From: Macrostomum hystrix
Lineage: Eukaryota; Animalia; Platyhelminthes
Length of the DNA: 64,000 nucleotides
Direction: 5' to 3'
NCBI GenBank assembly: GCA_950097015.1
Contig: CATNEN010000038.1
Span: forward strand, 9,796,001-9,860,000
The notes beneath the pieces are model-generated. The model did not search any database. It had not been told where the DNA came from and worked only from the letters and a program-made list of their open reading frames with translations. Made by a program: the position numbers and the translations under genes. How positions within the stretch are numbered: the first letter of the stretch is position 1; the number at the start of each line of letters is the position of its first letter. Shown one piece after another: positions 1-14,300 of this stretch.

Positions 1-22
1 GCCATCACGAGAAACCTATCTG

Positions 23-1370
23 TGAAGCCTCAGTCACTCCAACTTGAAGCCTCAGTCACTCCAACTTGAAGCCTCAGTCACTCCAACTTGAAGCCTCAGT
101 CACTCCAACTTGAAGCCTCAGTCACTCCAACTTGAAGCCTCAGTCACTCCAACTTGAAGCCTCAGTCACTCCAACTTGAAGCCACAGTCACTACAACCTG
201 AAGCTTCAGTCACTCCAACTTGAAGCCTCAGTCACTCCAACTTGGAGCCTCAGTCACTCCAACTTGAGGCTTCAGTCACTCCAACTTGAAGCTTCAGTCA
301 CTCCAACTTGAAGCCTCAGTCACTCCAACTTGGAGCCTCAGTCACTCCAACTTGAAGCCTCAGTCACTCCAACCTGAAGCTTCAGTCACTCCAACTTGAA
401 GCCTCAGTCACTCCAACTTGGAGCCTCAGTCACTCCAACTTGAAGCCACAGTCACTCCAACCTGAAGCTTCAGTCACTCCAACCTGAAGCTTCAGTCACT
501 CCAACTTGAAGCTTCAGTCACTCCAACTTGAAGCCTCAGTCACTCCAACTTGAAGCCTCAGTCACTCCAACTTGAAGCCTCAGTCACTCCAACTTGAAGC
601 CACAGTCACTACAACCTGAAGCTTCAGTCACTCCAACTTGAAGCCTCAGTCACTCCAACTTGGAGCCTCAGTCACTCCAACTTGAGGCTTCAGTCACTCC
701 AACTTGAAGCTTCAGTCACTCCAACTTGAAGCCTCAGTCACTCCAACTTGGAGCCTCAGTCACTCCAACTTGAAGCCTCAGTCACTCCAACCTGAAGCTT
801 CAGTCACTCCAACTTGAAGCCTCAGTCACTCCAACTTGGAGCCTCAGTCACTCCAACTTGAGGCTTCAGTCACTCCAACTTGAAGCTTCAGTCACTCCAA
901 CTTGAAGCCTCAGTCACTCCAACTTGGAGCCTCAGTCACTCCAACTTGAAGCCTCAGTCACTCCAACCTGAAGCTTCAGTCACTCCAACTTGAAGCCTCA
1001 GTCACTCCAACTTGGAGCCTCAGTCACTCCAACTTGAAGCCACAGTCACTCCAACCTGAAGCTTCAGTCACTCCAACCTGAAGCTTCAGTCACTCCAACT
1101 TGAAGCTTCAGTCACTCCAACTTGAAGCCTCAGTCACTCCAACTTGAAGCCTCAGTCACTCCAACTTGAAGCCTCAGTCACTCCAACTTGGAGCCTCAGT
1201 CACTCCAACCTGAAGCTTCAGTCACTCCAACTTGAAGCCTCAGTCACTCCAACTTGGAGCCTCAGTCACTCCAACCTGAAGCTTCAGTCACTCCAACTTG
1301 AAGCTTCAGTCACTCCAACTTGAAGCCTTAGTCACTCCAACCTGAAGCTTCAGTCACTCCAACCTGAAGC
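23..1370. repeat. 22-bp minisatellite (TGAAGCCTCAGTCACTCCAACT)n
   Basis: Direct tandem copies; intronic in the K+ channel gene. Confidence 0.97.
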
Positions 1371-1407
1371 ATCGGCCTCCATATCCGTGAAGCCAACCTT
1401 CTCTCAC

Positions 1408-4400
1408 CTGATCAGCGAGCTGGTCCAGCCAGCCAATGCGCTGAGGCAGGGCCGGCCGCTCCAGGTTGCCGATAGCATACCAAACGCAGGCCAGCCAGTG
1501 GGCGATGAGTGCGAAGGTGGCCATGAGCACCATGAGCACAGCAGCGCCGTACTCCGAGTACTTGCCCAGCTTGCGAGCCACCCGCACAAGACGAAGCAGG
1601 CGGGCGGTTTTCAGCAGGCCAATCAGAGTGGTTGGCTGCGGGAGAATGGGATTCAGGTGACTGGAATGGAGGACAAAAGAGAGCGGAGAACTCAAATCAG
1701 GCCAGGTGAAGTCAGACCTCGTCAGTCTCCGAGCCCCAGAGCAGCAGATCGAAGGGGATGGCCGACACCACGTCGATGAGGAACCAGCCTTTAAAGTAGT
1801 GCACCGCAATGCGACCCGGGTGTGTCACCACTTCGTCATTTTTATTCACGTAGGTTGTGCGAAAATTAATGATTATGTCAATAATAAACATGATGTCAAT
1901 GATGATGTCGATGCCTGTGACGGGGTCGATGTTAAATTGGTACTGCTGCCTCTGGAAGAGAGATTGGTTGGCAGGTAAGTGCCAGAATTATTTTAAAATT
2001 GAAAAAATGGCAAGCTTACCTTAATCTTCCGCAACCTCTATACCCACGCCACTCATCCACATCCCCCCTACTCCTCCAAAACCACCCCACTCCTCCACAA
2101 CTACCCACACGTTTCTACACACTCACCCCACTCCTTTAAGTCCACCCCATTTCCTACACACCCACCCCACTCCTTCACGTCCACCCACTCCTACACACCC
2201 ACCCCACTCCTACACACCCACCCCACTCCTACACACCCACCCACTCCTACACACCCACCCACTCCTACACACCCACCCAACTCCTACACACCCACCCCAC
2301 TCCTAAACACACCCCTCTCCTAAACACTCACCCCACTCCTTCACACCCACCCCATTTCCCACGCACCCAGCCCACTCCTTCACGTCCACTCCACTCCTTG
2401 ACACCCACCCCACTCCTACACACCCGCCCCACTCCTAAACACACCCCACTCCTAAACACTCACCCCACTCCTTCACGTCCACCCCATTTCCCACACACCC
2501 AACCCACTCCTTCACGTCCACTCCACTCCTAGACACCCACGCCACTCCTACACACCCACCTCACTTCTAAACACCCACCCCACTTCTATCGCCCACTCCA
2601 CTCCTAGACACCCACCCACTCCTACACACCCACCCCACTCTGAAACACTAACCCCACTGCTAAACACTCACCCCACTCCTTTACGTCCACCCCATTTCCC
2701 ACACACCCACCCCACTCCTACAAACCCACCCCACTCCTAAACACTCACCGCACTCCTAGACACTCACCCCACTCCTACACACCCACCCCACTCCTACACA
2801 CCCACCCCACTCCTACACACCCACCCCACTCCTACACACCCACCACACAACAGCCAGGAGAAATAATCTTACAGATTTTCTCATCTGGTTGTTGTCCAGC
2901 AGGAAGGCGGCCACGTAGGGCGTACAGATTGAGGTGTAGATGACCAGCACGAGGATGAACCAATCCCAGGCGGACTTGAACGGCGAATAGTGAAGGATGA
3001 TGCAGCGGTGACCCTCCGGTGACTGCATCTTGCTCTCCGGTGGCAGCTCAGTTCCAAATGTCAGCATCTGCGGTGGAAGCGGTCACATGCTACTGTTAGT
3101 AGATGCCTCATCATTAACGAATATGTCCGTCTTTAGTAACGACATTGCAGGACAGATTTGTCTGGCTTAACTCAAGGGTCAAACAACAGTGACGAAACTA
3201 ATCCGATTAAGAGGCCGGTGTACTAATTTCGACTTCTTTAATTTTAGTTTCGACCTCAACAATCTATAATGATACTAGGAAAGGTAAACAAACAAAGCCG
3301 GAATAAATCTAGTAAACAAACAAAAAAAGATACGAAATAATCACTGTTAAGGAATTAAAATAAATTACGTTTACAATTGATTAGCATTCAAGGAAAAAGT
3401 ATTAATAAGGTTAGTTTTTGGTTGGATTTAAATAAACTTTAATAGCTTACATCTCTCAGTAGTAGTATTAGTAGTGTTAACGGAAATGTAAATACAAGTT
3501 TTTGTAAATGAAAGCCACTCAAATGATTCTATATTGACAAGCTTTAATGCTTTTATTCAAATTTATTCAGATGCCTAAAAACAGAATGGAAAACATATAA
3601 AAAAGCAATAAGCTCCGGTTAGACTCAATTTAAGCATTTGAAATCGTGGGAATTTAACAAATCAAAACAACGGACAATGATCTGCGGGCACATCAGCGGC
3701 CCGTTTTGGCACGCACATCCATCGTGTTGTCGTACTGAAATGACGGTCAAAGTTATGATTGATCGAAACTGTCTAAATTGTGACATCCACACTGTTTAAA
3801 GAACTGCAAGCAACAGAAACGGAAAGCAGAACCTTTCACGGAAAACAGAACCTTTCACAGAAAACAGCTTTCACGGAAAACAGAACCTTTCACGGAAAAC
3901 AGAACCTTTCACGGAAAGCAGAACCTTTCACGGAAAACAGAACCTTTCACGGAAAACAGAACTTTTCACGGAAAACAGAACCTTTCACGGAAAACAGAAC
4001 CTTTCACAGAAAACAGAACCTTTCACAGAAAACAGAACCTTTCACGGAAAGCAGAACCTTTCACAGAAAACAGAACCTTTCACGGAAAACAGAACCTTTC
4101 ACGGAAAACAGAACCTTTCACGGAAAGCAGAACCTTCCACGGAAAACAGAACCTTTCACGGAAAACAGAACCTTTCACGGAAAACAGAACCCTTTATGGA
4201 AAACAGAATCTTTCACGGGCAACAAGAACTATTCACTTGAAACAAGAACCCTTCACAGATAACAAGAACACTTCATAGAAAACAAGAACCCTTCATAGAA
4301 AACAAGAACCCTTCATAGAAAACAAGAACCCTTCATAGAAAACAAGAACCCTTCATAGAAAACAAGAACCCTTCATAGAAAACAAGCACCCTTCACAGAA

Positions 4401-7400
4401 AACAAGAGCCCTTCACGGTAAACAAAGCCATTCCCTTTCTCGGAATTGTTTGGCTTCCTAAAGGCCAGCAGCCACTGGGCTGTCTATGGTCTCACCTGGG
4501 TCAGCTTCTCGGTGACGTTCTGTCGCATGGAAGCCACCATCGGTGAGAAACAGACGCTGTGCTGCCGACCCGCCTGCTCCGAGGAGCTCGATGCCTGCGG
4601 CCGTTGCATCAGCCGGTGCGGCTGACTGTAGGCCGAGCCGCCGGTGTCCCAGTCGTCCGGGATGCGATGATCCTCGGAGTCCCGATGGCGCCGAACTAAA
4701 ATTATCGGTGAAAGCTTCATCTGACACAGAATCTTGGGATCTGGGGTTTTTAACAACCATAAGATCCTCACGCATCTCAGCTGCCTGACCATCGCCGCCA
4801 ATGTTGACGCCCTCGAAGCTGGGACTCAACGACAGAAGGCTGTCGCCGCGTGGCAGGTCCAGGCCGCTGGCCTTTCGCTCCCGCAGCCCTGCGCCGGAGC
4901 CGAACGGGTCGGCGTCCTCAGCGCTGAACGAATCATCGTTCTTGATCTTCAGGCCGACTAAAGCGGCTCGAAGGATTCCGCGGAGACTGTCCTTCAGGCC
5001 GAGACTGTCTGGAGGCATATTGTTTAGAAAGATTCTGTAAAAATCAATAGTAACAATAGTCTGCAATTATCACCACACTAAGCCGCCGATTTATCATATC
5101 AATCTATGATAATCCGATCGGTAACAATTATCCCCTCACCTACAATAATCTCCTCAGCTAAAATAATCCCCTCACCTGCAATAATCCCCTCACCTACAAT
5201 AATCCCCTCACCTGCAATAATCCCCTCACCTACAATAATCCCCAAGCCTACAACAATCCCCAAACCTACAATAATCCCCTCACCTACAATAATCCCCAAG
5301 CCTACAACAATCCCCAAACCTACCAGAATCCTCAAACCTACAATAATCCCCAAACCTACAATAATCCCCAAACCTATAATAATCCCCAAGCCTACAACAA
5401 TCCCCAAACCTACCAGAATCCTCAAACCTACAATAATCCCCTCACCTACAATAATCCCCTCATCTTCAATAATCCCCTCGCCTACAATAATCCCCTCATC
5501 TTCAATAATCCCCTCACCTACAATAATCTCCTCACCTAAAATAATCTCCTCACCTACAATAATCCCCTCATCTTCAATAATCCCCTCGCCTACAATAATC
5601 CCCTCATCTTCAATAATCCCCTCGCCTACAATAATCCCCTCATCTTCAATAATCCCCTCGCCTACAATAATCCCCTCATCTTCAATAATCCCCTCACCTA
5701 CAATAATCTCCTCACCTACAATAATCCCCTCACCTACAATAATCCCCAAACCTACAATAATCCCCAAGCCTACAATAATCCCCTCACCTACAATAATCCA
5801 CTCACCTACAATAATCCCTCACCTACAATAATCCCCTCATCTTCAATAATCCCCTCACCTACAATAATCTCCTCACCTACAATAATCCCCTCACCTACAA
5901 TAATCCCCAAACCTACAATAATCCCCAAGCCTACAATAATCCCCTCACCTACAATAATCCACTCACCTACAATAATCCCTCACCTACAATAATCCCCAAA
6001 CCTACAATAATCCCCAAGCCTACAACAATCCCCAAACCTACCAGAATCCTCAAACCTACAATAATCCCCTCACCTACAATAATCCCCTCATCTTCAATAA
6101 TCCCCTCGCCTACAATAATCCCCTCATCTTCAATAATCCCCTCACCTACAATAATCTCCTCACCTACAATAATCCCCTCACCTACAATAATCCCCAAACC
6201 TACAATAATCCCCAAGCCTACAATAATCCCCTCACCTACAATAATCCACTCACCTACAATAATCCCTCACCTACAATAATCCCCAAACCTACAATAATCC
6301 CCAAGCCTACAACAATCCCCAAACCTACCAGAATCCTCAAATCTACAATAATCCCCTCACCTACAATAATCCCCTCACCTACAATAATCTCCTCACCTAC
6401 AATAATCCCCTCACCTACAATAATCCCCTCACCTACAATAATCCCCTCACCTACAATAATCCCCTCACCTACAATAATCCCCTCACCTACAATAATCCCC
6501 TCACCTACAATAATCCCCTCACCTACAATAATCCCCAAACCTACAATAATCCCCAAGCCTACAATAATCCCCTCACCTACAATAATCCAAGACATCTAAG
6601 ACAGGGGAGAGATGAGACAGGGGAGAGATGAGACAGGGCAGAGATGAGACAGGGCAGAGATGAGACAGGGCAGAGATGAGACAGGGGAGAGATGAGACAG
6701 GGCAGAGATGAGACAGGGGAGAGATGAGACACGGGAGACATGAGACACGGGAGAGAGATGAGACACGGGAGAGATGGTCTAGATGAGACAGGAAGAGGTG
6801 AGACAGAGAAAGAGGTAAGACAGGGAAGAGATAAGACAAGAGAGGGATGACACAGGAGAGATATAAGACAGGGGAGAGATGAGACAGGGGAGAGATGAGA
6901 CAGGGGAGAGATGAGACAGGGGAGAGATGAGACAGGGGAGAGATGAGACACGGGAGAGATGAGACAGGGGAGAGATGAGACAGGGGAGAGATGAGACAGG
7001 GCAGAGATGAGACAGGGGAGAGATGAGACACGGGAGACATGAGACACGGGAGAGAGATGAGACACGGGAGAGATGGTCTAGATGAGACAGGAAGAGGTGA
7101 GACAGAGAAAGAGGTAAGACAGGGAAGAGATAAGACAAGAGAGGGATGACACAGGAGAGATATAAGACAGGGGAGAGATGAGACAGGGGAGAGATGAGAC
7201 AGGGGAGAGATGAGACAGGGGAGAGATGAGACAGGGGAGAGATGAGACAGGGCAGAGATGAGACAGGGGAGAGATGAGACAGGGGAGAGATGAGACAGGG
7301 CAGAGATGAGACAGGGGAGAGATGAGACAGGGGAGAGATGAGACAGGGCAGAGATGAGACAGGGGAGAGATGAGACAGGGGAGAGATGAGACAGGGGAGA

Positions 7401-10400
7401 GATGAGACAGGGCAGAGATGAGACAGGGGAGAGATGAGACAGGGCAGAGATGAGACAGGGGAGAGATGAGACAGGGCAGAGATGAGACAGGGGAGAGATG
7501 AGACAGGGGAGAGATGAGACAGGGCAGAGATGAGACAGGGGAGAGATGAGACGGGAGAGATGAGACAGGGGAGAGATGAGACAGGGGAGACATAAGACAC
7601 GGGAGACATGAGACACGGGAGAGAGATGAGACACGGGAGAGATAAGACAGGAGTGAGATCAGATGGGATAGTTTAGGCGTTATAAAGGGTCGGTGGTCGG
7701 GTTCAGGAGCTTTGTAGAGCCTGGGTTAAATTTAAGTGTGGCAAAACCACGCGGGCTAAGCGGAAAACGGAACACTGATTTCAGATAAATATTTTTTCTG
7801 ATGTTTTTGTTTTGCGAATGACAATTTTTCTATAAATTTTCAATTTGCACTTTCTTTTTGAAAAAAAAGTCTTAGTTTCTGGCATTGTGAGCTCACGGAC
7901 AGCGCCGGATGAGGCTGGTTGGACAGGTGAGAAGAGAGACGCCGAGAAAGGTGTCGTTGACCCGGGCGGGATGGAAGGCCAGTCCTCCACTATGAGCTTT
8001 ATTATGAGCTTTAACGGGCCTTGAGTTTCCACACATGCCCAACCCACCTGTGAGCGTACAATCCTGACTTGACTGAGGCACGGATCTGAGACTAGTGAGC
8101 CGGGGGCTGGTGGAATACGAATCCTAATTGGGATCTGGGTCACATCGCTTCCCCTTTCCCAAAAGCTATACCGGCCCCGCCCCAGCGCCTTTAGCCATTA
8201 GTGTCGCCTTTCAGTCCATCACGCTTCGAATGAACAGGAGAAAAAAGTAATGACGATAAAAGCCCAGTTCTTGAGCAGTGAGAGCTGCACCCGACAGAAA
8301 CTGTAAAGCCTGCAAACATGTCCTCATCTCCCACACCTACAATAATCCCCAAACCTACCAGAATCCTCAAACCTACAATAATCCCCAAACCTACAGTAAT
8401 CTCCAGGCCTACAATAATCCCCAAACCTACAATAATCCCCTCACCTACAATAATCCCCAAACCTACAATAATCCCCAAACCTACAATAATCCCCTCACCT
8501 ACAATAATCCCCAAACCTACAATAATCCCCAAACCTACAATAATCGCCAAACCTATAATCCCCTCACCTAAAATAATCCCCAAGCCCACAAAAATCCCCT
8601 CATCTACAATAATCCCCTCACCTACCAGAATCCCCAAACCTACAATAATCCCCTCACCTACCAGAATCCCCAAACCTACAATAATCCCCAAGCCTACAAT
8701 AATCCCCTCATCTACAATAATCCCCTCACCTACCAGAATCCCCAAACCTACAATAATCCCCAAGCCTACAATAATCCCCTCATCTACAATAATCCCCTCA
8801 CCTACCAGAATCCCCAAACCTACAATAATCCCCTCACCTACCAGAATCCCCAAACCTACAATAATCCCCAAGCCTACAATAATCCCCAGACCTACAATAA
8901 TCCCCAAACCTACAATAATCCCCAAACCTACAATAATCCCCTCATCTACAGTAATCCCAAACCTACAATAATACCCAAGCCTACAATAATCCCCAAGCCT
9001 ACAATAATCCCCAAACCTACCAGAATCCCCAAGCAATAATCCCCAAACCTACAATAATCCCCTCATCTACAGTAATCCCCAAACCAACAATAATCCAGAC
9101 ACCTATTATAGTTCCCGCACCTGTAATATTACCTTCACCTAAAATAATGCCCACACATACTATTATCCGATCGCTTTTAATAATCAAACTTCACATACAA
9201 TAATAAATTAACTAACGATAAATCCCCAGCCTACATGATTCCCTAATCTATCATAATCCCTTATCTATTATAATCCCTTATCTATTATAATCCCTTATCT
9301 ATTATAATCCCTTATCTATTATAATCCCTTATCTATTATAATCCCTAATCTATCATAATCCCTTATCTATTATAATCCCTTATCTATTATAATCCCTTAT
9401 CTATCATAATCCCTTATCTATCATAATCCCTTATCTATTATAATCCCTTATCTATTATAATCCCTAATCTATCATAATCCCTTATCTATCATAATCCCTT
9501 ATCTATTATAATCCCTTATCTATTATAATCCCTTATCTATTATAATCCCTTATCTATTATAATCCCTTATCTATCATAATCCCTTATCTATCATAATCCC
9601 TTATCTATTATAATCCCTTATCTATTATAATCCCTTATCTATTATAATCCCTTATCTACCATAATCCCTCACCAATTATAAACCCTAAACGTACAAAAAC
9701 CCCACACAAATAAAATCTCTACACCAATAATGATCCACGCACATACAACGATCGCCATTGTTAAAATGATCCCAATACTAATCTACATTAGGTGATATCT
9801 ATACTGTACAGACAGGCGCGTGAGTTCTTATGAGCTCTGGATTTAGTGTCAACTGGACTGGGTCAGAGCACTGGTCAAGGGACAAGTTGCGCTTTGAGCC
9901 GTACCGACTCGCACCACACAAACTAACTGCTTGGGAGAGAAAGAATGGTCGAGTAGTCGCTTGAGAACTGACGCGTCTGGGGGAGAATTTAGAGCAAATC
10001 GGTTTTCAAGTTCTCAACTACTAGGGGGATAGGGAAGAGAGGAGATGTGAAAGTGTGTAACCGGGCATGGGGCATCGGCCCGTTCGCTCGATGTGGTTGT
10101 CGCTCCACTCAGATGCCACCCCTGTCCTCGCAGTCCCCTATTTAAGCCTGGGCCTCATCACTAGGCGGATTTTGTGGGAGTTGAGGGGAGGTGGGCGGCA
10201 GTTTAGCCGGTTGATTTCCACAACATCGGGAGTCGAAAGATTGGGAGGAGAAGCCCTTCGGTTTGAGTCTCGCCTTGAGGCAAGCGAAACACGCCTTGGA
10301 TCAGTGGGGACGTGGCGGCGAATTTCGAATTCAGGAGAAACTCTCGACTAGAGGAGAGAGCAGAATAGTGAGCGGACATTGCGAAGCAATTAGAAATTGC

Positions 10401-11357
10401 TTGCGGGAAAGATTCAACCACCGTTTAGTCTGCTCCGACTCAGGGCAGGCAGAAAAATGGAGGAGAATTTAGAAAAGATCAATGACTAGAACAGACACGG
10501 GAGACATGGGAGAAACAGGACACAGCGGAGACAGGGGAAATGAGGACACAGGGGTGGCAGGAAACACAGGGGAGACGCAGGAGACGGGTAGACAGGGAAA
10601 AAAGAGGACACATTGGAGACAGGGGAGACAATAATAAGTATAAGTAGGGGATGTAATAAGAATAAATTTATTATTACAATAATAATAATTATTATTATTG
10701 CAGGAGGGCTGTGGGCAATGGCACATCATTTGGTGACACTAGACCCGCAGCCAGCGACGAGGCAATTCTTGCCATTTCGCTGACTCCTGAGCACACACGG
10801 ACACTGATGCCGAGCGCGGGCACACGCTCAAACAAGTGTGTACATCTGCCCTCACTTTCTCATCGTCAGGCAGTGTACACTCTCACTGTGCCTTGGAGGT
10901 TGGCACTCAATGGCGTAAATTGCACGACAAGCCCCCAAGCCTTCTCTCCCCGGCTGCTCCCCAAATGAATGTGGCCTCTCCGCGGAATCGAGCTCAGGGA
11001 CCTTGGTGCGAGAGGACACATGGGAGACAGGGGAGACACTACCCGGGTATAAGTCAGTGAATACAGGGGTAGACGAGACATAGGAAGACAGGTGAGATTT
11101 TTCTAACCAGTGGGCAATTTTCGCAGAGCTTTCAGTTTGCTAAGCATAATGATTCAGAACTGCATGCTGAGCAGACTTTGAAAACTAATGGGTAATAAAA
11201 ATTTGATCAAGGACATTGTGAAAGAGCCCCCAGGCAGTGAAGGCCTTCACAATGTCACGGAAGTGTAGTTCTAGACGCAGTGGCAGTTGAATGGAGGTAG
11301 TGGATGCTAGCTGTTCTCGATGAAGCAGCTGCCGGAAGCTGCTGGGTGGTCGCCCAC

Positions 11358-11394
<37 letters not shown>

Positions 11395-14300
11395 AAGCCT
11401 GCTCAGCTTGGGATTTTAGCTTCTTGGAAATTGCATCGCACCAAGGTCCCTGAGCTCGATTCCGCCGCGACGCCCACATTAATTTGGGTTTGGGTTCCGC
11501 GGAGAGAAGGCTTCGATGGCTTGTCGTGCAATTTAAGCCGCTGAGGGCCAAGTCAGGGCAGATGGGACACCTAGCTGTGTGAGCGTGGGCCTGCGTACGG
11601 TATCTGTGTGCGTGTGTGCTCAGAAGTCATCGGAACGGGTAGAATTACCTCCTCGCTGTGGCTGCGGGTCGACTGTCCTAAATCCATATATACTATTCAT
11701 ATTTTATTAATTATACCTGCCCCAATTGGGCCAGGTGCGCAGCCGACAGCATCTGAAGGCTGCGTACGGCTGTTCAGTCCATGGACTGGGGGGACGCCAC
11801 ACCCACCCTCAATCACCCCAGCTAATGCTGGTAACCATTTACCAGCTGGGTGAATTGAATCGAATCATCTTGCTAAAAGATTGTTCCAGTGCAGTCGGGA
11901 ATCGAACCCCCTACCTTTTAGTCGTTAAGTCCGACGCTCTAACCACCAGGTTACAGCCCCACCTGCAAATACTAATAATATTATTATTGTGCTAATGGCG
12001 GTCGATAATTCTAGTCAGACCTGCCTTCTCCAGCCGCTGAATCAATGCCGAATCGATGGGGCGCAGCGTGGTCTGAGTCGAAAAAAGTGCCGATTTTTTG
12101 TTTTACTTCTCCATCCCATCATATCCAGCCCGCCGGCCTGTCCGCCCACTGCTCACCCTGAGCAGGCCAGCTTTGCATAATTCAATCTGAATTAATCTGG
12201 GATCCACACCGATGGCCCGGAATTTATGCCGCTGAATGAGGCCTACTGTGCCAGCTCTGGGAGAAATATTTCAGACTGGCAAGGTGCTCATCCGTTATGG
12301 ACTTTGAGCACTCACTGTGCTCACTGTACTTAACTGTTTTCAAGTGTGCTCAATGTTGTTTTCAACTTGAAATACGGGGGTTCGATTCCTGACTGCACTG
12401 GAACAATCTTTTAGCAAGATGTTTCAATTCACCCAGCTGTTAAATGGGTACCAGCATTAGATTGGATAATTTATGGTGGGTTTCTTAATCCCCCCAGTCC
12501 ATGGACTGAACAGCCGTACGCAGTCTCAGAAGCGCGGCGCATTAGCTGCGGCTGTGCTGTAGGCTTTAACTCTTGTCTGATTGTGTCAGACAATTATTAA
12601 TATTATAATCACCCCAACTGTACTCATAGTGCTCACTGTACTCATAGTGCTCACTGTACTCATAGTGCTCACTGTACTCATAGTGCTCACTGTACTCATA
12701 GTGCTCACTGTACTCAACTGTGCACAATTTTGCTCAACTGTTCTCAAGTTTTCTCAACTGTACTCAATTGTGCTCAAATGTGCTCAAGTTTGTTCAATTG
12801 TGCTCACTGACTGGCGGAAAGTCAGACACTTGACTGACACGTAGTCTCATTCTAGGTAGCTAGCTAGCTCGTTGGATTATTGTTAACAATATTAATACTA
12901 TATTATAATCCACCTATCTATCCATCAATTTTCATTATCATGAATGCTTATATTCATCTAGGCCAGCCAGCCAAACGCATGCCACTAGTACGGGTCAAGC
13001 TTGAGCCCGGCCTTGTCGGATTGTTGCCGACGAAGAGGCTGACAGGAAATGAGTTTCCGGCATCGCTAGCGGCAAAAGCCCGAGGCCAGATGCTCGCAGG
13101 TTAATAAATGAGCTCGCTAGCACAGCTCGTGTATCCAAGAGAAGTACTTTTAGTTGAATAACAGTCCAGTGGGCGGCTGTGGCGGCTACTTCTGCCTGAC
13201 CATGGGCACAATCAAATAATAAGTCAGCCAGGCGTTCCTTTGGTTGTGTTGCCGGCTGCCGAACACATTCAGTTCCCAGCGCCCACCGCCCGGCGACCAG
13301 AAACTATCCAAACTTTTCTTCATCCTTTCTCCTCCTCTACCGGGCAAGTTGCAAGCTGGCAGCACTTCAGCCTGTCATCGATTAAACGCAAGCTCAACCC
13401 AGCCTTCCACTCTCCCCGCTCTCTCTCACTCACTTGAGTTCAAGTCTCAAATCTCAACACTAGAGTTTTCCGAGTCAGCTGGCGGCCTCTCCCAGCGTCC
13501 CAGTAGTTGGAGCCGCAGCGAGCACGGAAATTTGAGCTGGGCCGGGCTCCGATAGCAGGGAATGAAGGGCTGGCTTGCTAGCCTTGCCAGGTGTGCTTTG
13601 CAGGTGAGCCTTACAGGACTCGGGATGAAAAAAACACAAATTTTACGGAAGATAATAAAAGGCAAGTAGGCAGATAATATATTATATGAGATTGATAGAC
13701 AAAAGTACAAGTGGGGCAGAGCAGTCTATTGAGAAGAAGAGAGCTATGGGTAGGTAGATAGACAGGTAGTTTGGCAGGTAAACAGTAGGGTAGATAGGAA
13801 AGTGGATAGGCAGGTAGATAGGTAGGTAGATAGGCTGGTAGATATTCAGGTAGATAGGCAGGTAGATAGGCTGGTAGATAGGAAGGTAGATAAGCAGGTA
13901 GATAAGCAGGAAGATAAGCAGGTAGATAAGCAGGTAGATAAGCAGGAAGATAAGCAGGAAGAAGGGAGGAAACTAGTAGGCAGGTGGATATTGAGATCGC
14001 TATGAAGTTGAATAGGCAAGTAGATCAGTGAGTGAATCTACCTCTTCGGTCTCCCCGAGTCATGGCGGCGAACAGCGAGCTGAGGCCCTCCTGTTGGAAG
14101 GTCAGGATGTAGAACATCACATCGGCGGCCTCATTGCGCACGGGGGCAATCATTGTGTTGGACACAAACCGAGTACCTGGGTTAAAAGTAGAAAAACTGT
14201 TTACTTAATTGATCATAGTGGTTGAAGGTGTTTAGTAGGAGATGGTTCGGCCACTCACCGTCCTTCTTGTAGAAGGTGATGCGGACCTGTTTCTCGTCGC

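Noticed and set aside
3780-9036. Long ORFs (PTII/GEGII, SHLSPV and TENRTF repeats)
   Set aside because: They are translations of stop-free minisatellites inside ERG introns and are open in several frames or on both strands.
9790-10450. Possible Penelope-like 3' end with a degenerate hammerhead
   Set aside because: No intact CUGANGA core and no recognisable GIY-YIG or RT motif.
13447-13710. Extra ERG exon
   Set aside because: The candidate acceptor gives a stop in the required phase, and there is no similarity to the family.
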